Virus record (IMG/VR): IMGVR_UViG_3300032092_000024
Strand: one strand, 5' to 3'
DNA: 20,000 bases
DNA from: an uncultured virus (IMG/VR IMGVR_UViG_3300032092_000024)
Lineage: Duplodnaviria > Heunggongvirae > Uroviricota > Caudoviricetes
In this document: positions 14,995 through 20,000 of the stretch, piece after piece
Layout of the letters: every line of letters starts with the position of its first letter
Numbering within the stretch: the stretch's first letter is position 1
Position numbers and translations under genes: made by a program
Notes under the pieces: model-generated
What the model saw: the letters and a program-made list of their open reading frames with translations, nothing else
Told to the model about the DNA's origin: nothing
The model's database searches: none

Positions 14995-15455
14995 GGAGTC
15001 TTGGAACTCCAATACCCGACATATATTTTATACGCCAAGCCCGCTGGCGTAGAGCCGGGTGTTAAAGTGGGGGTGTAATTGCCTAGTCCAGTATCAGCGG
15101 GAAAGCTATAAGTATACCCTAACTGGCCCCACGGAGCTACAATTTGGGATCCTGCTTCGACTAAAATGGCGTCCCCCTGTCTTAGCGGAGCAAATTCTTT
15201 CCATTGTCCGCTAACATACAGTCGAATTACTTTGGGTGTTCCATACTCATTTGCTCCGGGGGGAGAGGAGGTTTGAACCCAGACAACAGCATTTGACGCT
15301 ACTGGTATAGACTGGTTGGAGACGAGGTATTCAACTGGGTCGCCTTCTATATGCACTTTGGAGGATTCAGCAACAAAATTAACGAGTCCTTGGACGGAGC
15401 GTGGATAACAAATATTTGCTGGAATTGTCTCTGTTGTTATCGGGAATTCATTCAT
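14991..15455 (-). CDS. Small tail-associated protein, paralog 1 (154 aa)
   Basis: Clean ORF with AGGA upstream of the ATG. Aligns end to end with the next gene. Confidence 0.75.
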   Translation of the reverse strand: MNEFPITTETIPANICYPRSVQGLVNFVAESSKVHIEGDPVEYLVSNQSIPVASNAVVWVQTSSPPGANEYGTPKVIRLYVSGQWKEFAPLRQGDAILVEAGSQIVAPWGQLGYTYSFPADTGLGNYTPTLTPGSTPAGLAYKIYVGYWSSKTP

Positions 15456-15464
15456 AGTTGGTTC

Positions 15465-15866
15465 CTAGTTATTATTGCGACACGGCGGTTGGGTGCAAGC
15501 TAATACATACCATGTTGTTTGCTCCCCATCAACACAAACTTGTAGTTCTTGGGGAGTAAATGTTTGCCCGGTAGATAAACTTACAATTGTTGGACCATTA
15601 CTGAAAAAAGTATCGCAATTGCAACCTACTTGCGTGGAGTCTGGTGGAACGGTAGCTGGGCAAACTTCTTCATCGGTCGGCTCATTGCTTCCTGGCGGAG
15701 CGCCGGAGGATGGGGCTAAAGAAGTTGATAGATCATTCGTTGGCCCAAAATTTGGTGGTGAGGCGGAACTAAGTCCAGGCAACTCAACGACCGCTACGGT
15801 CCCGCCCCCAAAACCCGGTAGCCCGGCCGGTAGCGGATTTCCGCTATACTCAATTCGTTCCGACAT
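15465..15866 (-). CDS. Hypothetical Pro/Ser/Gly-rich protein with a Cys-rich C-terminal half (133 aa)
   Basis: Fills the gap between neighbours (3 nt and 9 nt spacers), with GGAG upstream of the ATG and six Cys in the C-terminal half. Confidence 0.7.
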   Translation of the reverse strand: MSERIEYSGNPLPAGLPGFGGGTVAVVELPGLSSASPPNFGPTNDLSTSLAPSSGAPPGSNEPTDEEVCPATVPPDSTQVGCNCDTFFSNGPTIVSLSTGQTFTPQELQVCVDGEQTTWYVLACTQPPCRNNN

Positions 15867-15869
15867 AAA

Positions 15870-17801
15870 TCAACACTCTCCCAAATCGCTTGTGTCTTTT
15901 CTAGAGGCGTGAAGACGAAACACAGATAATTGCGCGTGCCCAGTCCAAGAAATTTTTGGTTGGAACAGGTATCCGAAGCGGGCTTTGCGCCCAATACCTG
16001 TCACGCAAGAATCGGGAGGTTTTACTGTTCTTATATTATGGTATCCGAGGGCCAATTCGGAGGGGGCGCATCCCTCAAAAGATTGTGTCTCGGTTTGGAA
16101 AGAGATTTGTCCGGATTGGACTGGCAAAAATGTTGGGTAATAATCCGGGGAGAATTCAAAATTCCAGCTCACATCTCCGTAAATTTCTGAAAAGGCTAAA
16201 TCTGCTCGAACTAACTCTTTGATTTCAAAGGGAGTCTCAAAGGGAAGTCTTCTTAATTCAACGTAGGACTGGATTGGCAAAGATATCATGGACCCTCCAT
16301 TTGGAATGGTATCGGAATAATCGTCATAAGTAATTTCATATAAAGCATTATTTCCATCAGACCCACAAACAAGAGCAAAGCATCTTTTGGCTCCATCAAA
16401 AACACCAACTGCCATTTTACACACCTGAAGCCCGGTCCACTCTCCATCGTACACGGGTGGGAAACTTCCTTGGTATTTTCCGGGGTTAAAATCCTGGCTA
16501 ACTAACTTTGTAAAAACAGTATTAAAAGAAGTTAAACTTCCGTTAATCTTTTGAATTTTAGGGGCGCACCCATAAAGAGCTCTATAATCAAAATAAGCCG
16601 CTGGGGCATATTTTACCCACCGTTCGGTGTCAAAATTAATTACTCGATTTGCTTCTACGCTATCTACTAAAGTAACGTTCGCTACTTTTGTTTCTTGCAT
16701 AGTTTGTAGGAAAGATCGAATTCCATCTAAAGAGCGAAAATAAACATCGTTGTTTGTGACAACCATAGTATCTGGGCTCTCTGCCCCACCATTTAAAAAT
16801 ATTCTTCTTTGCATTCCGGGAGTACTTTGCCATTGAGTTCTATCGAAAACATTGGATCGAACTGCGTTGACTTGTTCTCGTGTAAACACAATTAGATCTC
16901 CCTGGCCGGTTGATGTGTCAGATCCTGGCAGAAATGAAAGTCCAGTAATTTCTGAATCAAATGAAAAACTTCCTCCGCCAGTAAGATATTGAGTTTCTGA
17001 GAAACGAATCTCGGCCCCAGAATAACTTCCAGTTAAATCGCCAGCAAACAATTGATTTCCATTAGCAACCCATAATCTTCCATTACCAAAAGCCATAATG
17101 GGGCCAACTGGGATAGATACATTTAACTGTAGTGGACCTGGGGGAAAGAATTTTGCGGTTGATATAGCGGTGAGTGTACAATTATTATTCAGTGTTACTT
17201 GAGAACTAGAGTCAACGGAAACGACTACTGTGCCCGGGGTAATTCCTCTTGATGCCTGTACTAGCATGCCTGGGAATAATCCAGCCGTGGAAGACACATT
17301 AACTCTTGGATTATTCGCGCCAATGGCAGTTTGTAGTTCTATAAATGATTCCAGTTCTTGTAAAATATTCCTTGATCGGAATGAGCTAGATCCGCTGTAC
17401 ACCAGAGGTGAGCTGACACCATCCTGTACTACAAGAAAATTATTTGCGACAGCAAAAGAAGCCCTTCTTGATATATAATTATTTACTTCCCCGGCTGGTG
17501 TAATATCAAGAACGGCTCCCGATGGGTTTGTCGGGAGAAGACTATATAACCGCCCGTCAATTAAGGACACCAATTCCTGAGCTGAGTTATTTTGATAATA
17601 AGATGCTCCCTGGATGACTCCATTTGGTATTGCTTTTATAAATTTAAAGCCGGGGCGGGATTTGGGGTATCCACCACGCACAACTATATTTTCAGCCCAT
17701 GAATATTGTGCGGCCGATATTAAAGCTGCATCTACACTAGAGTTCGCTCCTCCGATGAAAGAGACGACTCCCTCCACCAGACGGTTTTGATCCTTGATCA
17801 T
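15870..17801 (-). CDS. Putative tail nozzle / tail tubular protein B-like (643 aa)
   Basis: N-terminal FIGG...AENIVVRGGYPKSRPG pattern, repeated short beta-strands (beta-propeller-like; GNGRLWVA, VYFRSLDGIRS), and size and position typical of podovirus nozzle / DNA-stabilization proteins. Confidence 0.65.
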   Translation of the reverse strand: MIKDQNRLVEGVVSFIGGANSSVDAALISAAQYSWAENIVVRGGYPKSRPGFKFIKAIPNGVIQGASYYQNNSAQELVSLIDGRLYSLLPTNPSGAVLDITPAGEVNNYISRRASFAVANNFLVVQDGVSSPLVYSGSSSFRSRNILQELESFIELQTAIGANNPRVNVSSTAGLFPGMLVQASRGITPGTVVVSVDSSSQVTLNNNCTLTAISTAKFFPPGPLQLNVSIPVGPIMAFGNGRLWVANGNQLFAGDLTGSYSGAEIRFSETQYLTGGGSFSFDSEITGLSFLPGSDTSTGQGDLIVFTREQVNAVRSNVFDRTQWQSTPGMQRRIFLNGGAESPDTMVVTNNDVYFRSLDGIRSFLQTMQETKVANVTLVDSVEANRVINFDTERWVKYAPAAYFDYRALYGCAPKIQKINGSLTSFNTVFTKLVSQDFNPGKYQGSFPPVYDGEWTGLQVCKMAVGVFDGAKRCFALVCGSDGNNALYEITYDDYSDTIPNGGSMISLPIQSYVELRRLPFETPFEIKELVRADLAFSEIYGDVSWNFEFSPDYYPTFLPVQSGQISFQTETQSFEGCAPSELALGYHNIRTVKPPDSCVTGIGRKARFGYLFQPKISWTGHAQLSVFRLHASRKDTSDLGEC

Positions 17802-19786
17802 GACGCCGCGGCGCGTGTTACTAGGATATTAAAAGGAAGATTGGTTTGAGCGGTTGTTGGTGTAGCAACACTATTATTAGCTAGAAGAATGGCTACTGTA
17901 TCAGTTGCAGATACATATCCTGACACAGTTACTACGTCTTTGAACGTACTACCGGGTAATGTAGTGTAAGTCACTTGAACAAAGTCCCCTAAAGCCGCCC
18001 CGGTCACAGTAATTCCTGTAATAGCAGTCGTAGCTCCGGCGGCAATAGAAGAAATCGTACTAGCAGTATGAGAAGCGTAATAAAAACCAGTAAGTTTTGC
18101 GGCGCCGCTTCCAGTACTAATTCTGTAATCAGAAGCTTGAACTGACCCAATTACATCTAAGGCAACTGTTGGAGAATCCGTATTAATGCCAACTTTATGG
18201 TTATCTGCATCTACGACAAAGTCATCTGTGTTGACAAAAAGATTCGAACTGATTTTAGTTTGCCCATCTACATCTAGGGCAACTGTTGGGGTAGCTTTAT
18301 TGATTCCAACATATCCGTTGGAGGAATTTACTTTGAGTATATCGCTACCAATAGTTGTATTCCCGCTAATATTAGCAGCCCCAACTACATCTAGGGCAAC
18401 TGTTGGGGAGTCTGTGTTGACGCCAACCCTATGATTGTCTGCGTCTACAACAAAGTTATCTGTGTTGACAAAAAGATTCGAACTGATTTTAGTCTCCCCA
18501 ACTACATCTAGCTCAACTGTTGGGGTGGTTTTATTGATTCCAACAAAGTTATCCTCTGTATCTACTTTAACTACATTGCCACCAATAGTCGTATTTCCGT
18601 TAACTGCTAAAGTGCTGGTCAACGAAGCTGCCCCAGTTACGCTTAGAGAGGTAGCTAGACTTGTTGCTCCACCAACCGTCAAACTGTTGGACAACGCGGT
18701 TGCTCCGCCTACGCTCAAGTTATTGGACAAGGTTGTGGCTCCAGTTACACCCAAAGTTCCGCCCACACTTGTAGCTCCACCTGTACTCAAAGTTCCGACC
18801 ACACTTGTAGCTCCACTAATTACTGCTGTTCCAGTTACATCTAATGAGGCTGTTGGGTTAGTATTAAAAATACCAACTGCGTTGACTAAAGGAGAAGATG
18901 TAGATTTTACATAAATAGGAACAGTTGAATTTGTTCCGTTAACACGGAAAGTGGCTGCGGATGGGGAAGTGACGCCGCCCGGATTGACTACAAAAGAAAT
19001 AGCTTGAGCGGATCCGGCTACATCCAAAAGGCTACCTGGAGTATAAGTTCCAATTCCTACACGATTTTCGCTCACATCGACAAAAAATGTCTCTGCTGTC
19101 TCTTCACCTTTTACTAAAAAATCACTTGCCCCAAGCTGTGAATTATTAACAGTAACTGGTCCAATGAAAGAGGAAGAACCTGGCGCAATATTAGTTCCAA
19201 CTTTAAATGTTCCGTCTACGTGAAGAGTTGCTTCTGGTGCATCGGTAGAAATTCCAACTCTTCCGTTTGTTCCCCCATTAGCATCGCAAAACAAAAGATA
19301 CTGATCATTGTCGCCCTCAACTCTAAAATTAAAATTACCCCCGCTCTCATTAATTACAACTGGACCGTCCAAGTTAGAGAGGCCACCCGCGCTTACTGCA
19401 AGAGTATTAAAAGTTCCAGTTGTTAGGGAAACAGCGGATGAGGGGGAGACTTTTGAACCTACTGGAATAGAAGCTCCTTGGTTGACTCCGTCAAAATTCA
19501 ATAGCTCTGCCGTTACTTGACTGTAAGGAGAATTAGGATCAGGAACTGTTACTCGATAAAATCCTGCTTCTTCTATGTAGATTGTTTGACCTATTGTCAT
19601 CCATCTATTTTCGGCTACGTAAAAGGTAACTGTAGAGCCAATGGCTGGTTGGATTTGTGCGGGAGCTATTACGGTTGTAAAAGCATTGATCCCGTTGGTA
19701 CCATTCGTGCCGTTAATACCAGCAAGACCCTGAGGTCCTGGGGCTCCGGCTTCTCCAACAACAAGTGTATTACAATCGCAGCTCAT
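17798..19786 (-). CDS. Tail fibre / receptor-binding protein (662 aa) with a short collagen-like stretch and beta-repeat shaft
   Basis: AAGGAG 6 nt before the ATG, Gly-X-Y run GEAGAPGPQGLAGINGTNGTNG, repeated VGI-x-T-x-x-P-x-x-x-LDV-x-G units, and 12-residue G/T/S/V repeats. Confidence 0.85.
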   Translation of the reverse strand: MSCDCNTLVVGEAGAPGPQGLAGINGTNGTNGINAFTTVIAPAQIQPAIGSTVTFYVAENRWMTIGQTIYIEEAGFYRVTVPDPNSPYSQVTAELLNFDGVNQGASIPVGSKVSPSSAVSLTTGTFNTLAVSAGGLSNLDGPVVINESGGNFNFRVEGDNDQYLLFCDANGGTNGRVGISTDAPEATLHVDGTFKVGTNIAPGSSSFIGPVTVNNSQLGASDFLVKGEETAETFFVDVSENRVGIGTYTPGSLLDVAGSAQAISFVVNPGGVTSPSAATFRVNGTNSTVPIYVKSTSSPLVNAVGIFNTNPTASLDVTGTAVISGATSVVGTLSTGGATSVGGTLGVTGATTLSNNLSVGGATALSNSLTVGGATSLATSLSVTGAASLTSTLAVNGNTTIGGNVVKVDTEDNFVGINKTTPTVELDVVGETKISSNLFVNTDNFVVDADNHRVGVNTDSPTVALDVVGAANISGNTTIGSDILKVNSSNGYVGINKATPTVALDVDGQTKISSNLFVNTDDFVVDADNHKVGINTDSPTVALDVIGSVQASDYRISTGSGAAKLTGFYYASHTASTISSIAAGATTAITGITVTGAALGDFVQVTYTTLPGSTFKDVVTVSGYVSATDTVAILLANNSVATPTTAQTNLPFNILVTRAAAS
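18140..18580 (-). repeat. Intragenic tandem repeat, 117-nt (39 aa) units with a 234-nt higher-order period
   Basis: tacatcta-x-x-x-caactgttgg recurs at 18152, 18269, 18386 and 18503. A 36-nt exact repeat (atctgtgttgacaaaaagattcgaactgattttagt) lies at 18224-18259 and 18458-18493. Confidence 0.9.
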
Positions 19787-19796
19787 TTAGTTCTCC

Positions 19797-20000
19797 TTAT
19801 TTATAAAATATAACTCTGCAAAAACCATTCGCACCATTTCCTCCAGCTCCACCTGAACCGGTAGAATTAGAAGCTCCGCCACCGCCGCCACCTCCGCCGG
19901 GTTGGGCTCCATTCCCACCTGTTCCGCCAACAACTCCAACTGAAGTTGAAGAACCTCCCCCGCCCCCGCCCGTTCCGCAAACAACAAAGAAAGAATTTGA
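19797..20000 (-). CDS. C-terminus of a glycine-rich tail fibre-like protein (5' part outside window)
   Basis: The frame reads SNSFFVVCGTGGGGGGSSTSVGVVGGTGGNGAQPGGGGGGGASNSTGSGGAGGNGANGFCRVIFYK*. Its GxGGxGxxG-x-x-R-V-I ending is typical of phage Gly-rich domains. The stop overlaps the SD of the next gene. Confidence 0.8.
   Translation of the reverse strand, partial: SNSFFVVCGTGGGGGGSSTSVGVVGGTGGNGAQPGGGGGGGGASNSTGSGGAGGNGANGFCRVIFYK

Larger units (their letters stand above)
1..20000 (-). mobile_element. Tailed dsDNA phage (or prophage) virion module: tail fibres, tail/adaptor proteins, ejection/internal virion proteins
   Basis: All real genes are co-oriented on the minus strand and tightly packed (ATGA overlaps at 17798-17801 and 14532-14535). 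The order fibre > nozzle > adaptor > small ejection proteins > giant internal protein resembles podovirus morphogenesis modules. No cellular housekeeping genes are present. Confidence 0.93.

Noticed and set aside
18140..18580. Regularly spaced repeats as a CRISPR array or DGR template/variable pair
   Set aside because: The repeats are in-frame coding units with degenerate copies, there are no unique spacers, and no cas or reverse transcriptase gene is present in the window.
88..19813. The many plus-strand ORFs in the supplied track
   Set aside because: All lie antisense to long minus-strand genes, many start at TTG/GTG, and their S/L/F-rich translations are typical antisense shadows.
19787..19987. 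66-aa ORF MLFAERAGAGEVL... from the track
   Set aside because: It is the wrong frame. The overlapping Gly-rich frame ending at 19797 is the credible coding frame.

Overview
This window is the virion (morphogenesis) module of a tailed dsDNA phage, probably podovirus-like, encoded entirely on the minus strand. From right to left it holds the end of a Gly-rich fibre gene, a collagen/beta-repeat tail fibre, a putative nozzle/tail-tube protein, three small tail proteins (two are tandem paralogs), a putative head-tail adaptor, two tandem paralogous Gly/Ala/Gln-rich ejection-type proteins, and a coiled-coil internal protein. The left half is one giant ORF (9636 to beyond the left edge, at least 3212 aa, no stop in the window) that the ORF track omits. 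Translated by hand, it is a polyvalent, probably virion-ejected protein. It carries a candidate sigma-factor-like region, a Strawberry-notch-type SF2 helicase, a zincin-like domain with EExxH in place of HExxH, an ADP-ribosyltransferase-like domain, and a second cassette with the same flanking motifs as the ART but an unrelated core. Also present are a candidate overprinted gene with its own Shine-Dalgarno inside a linker of the giant gene, and two sigma70-like promoters of identical geometry that would give near-leaderless transcripts. All family assignments come from motif recognition by eye, not database searches.
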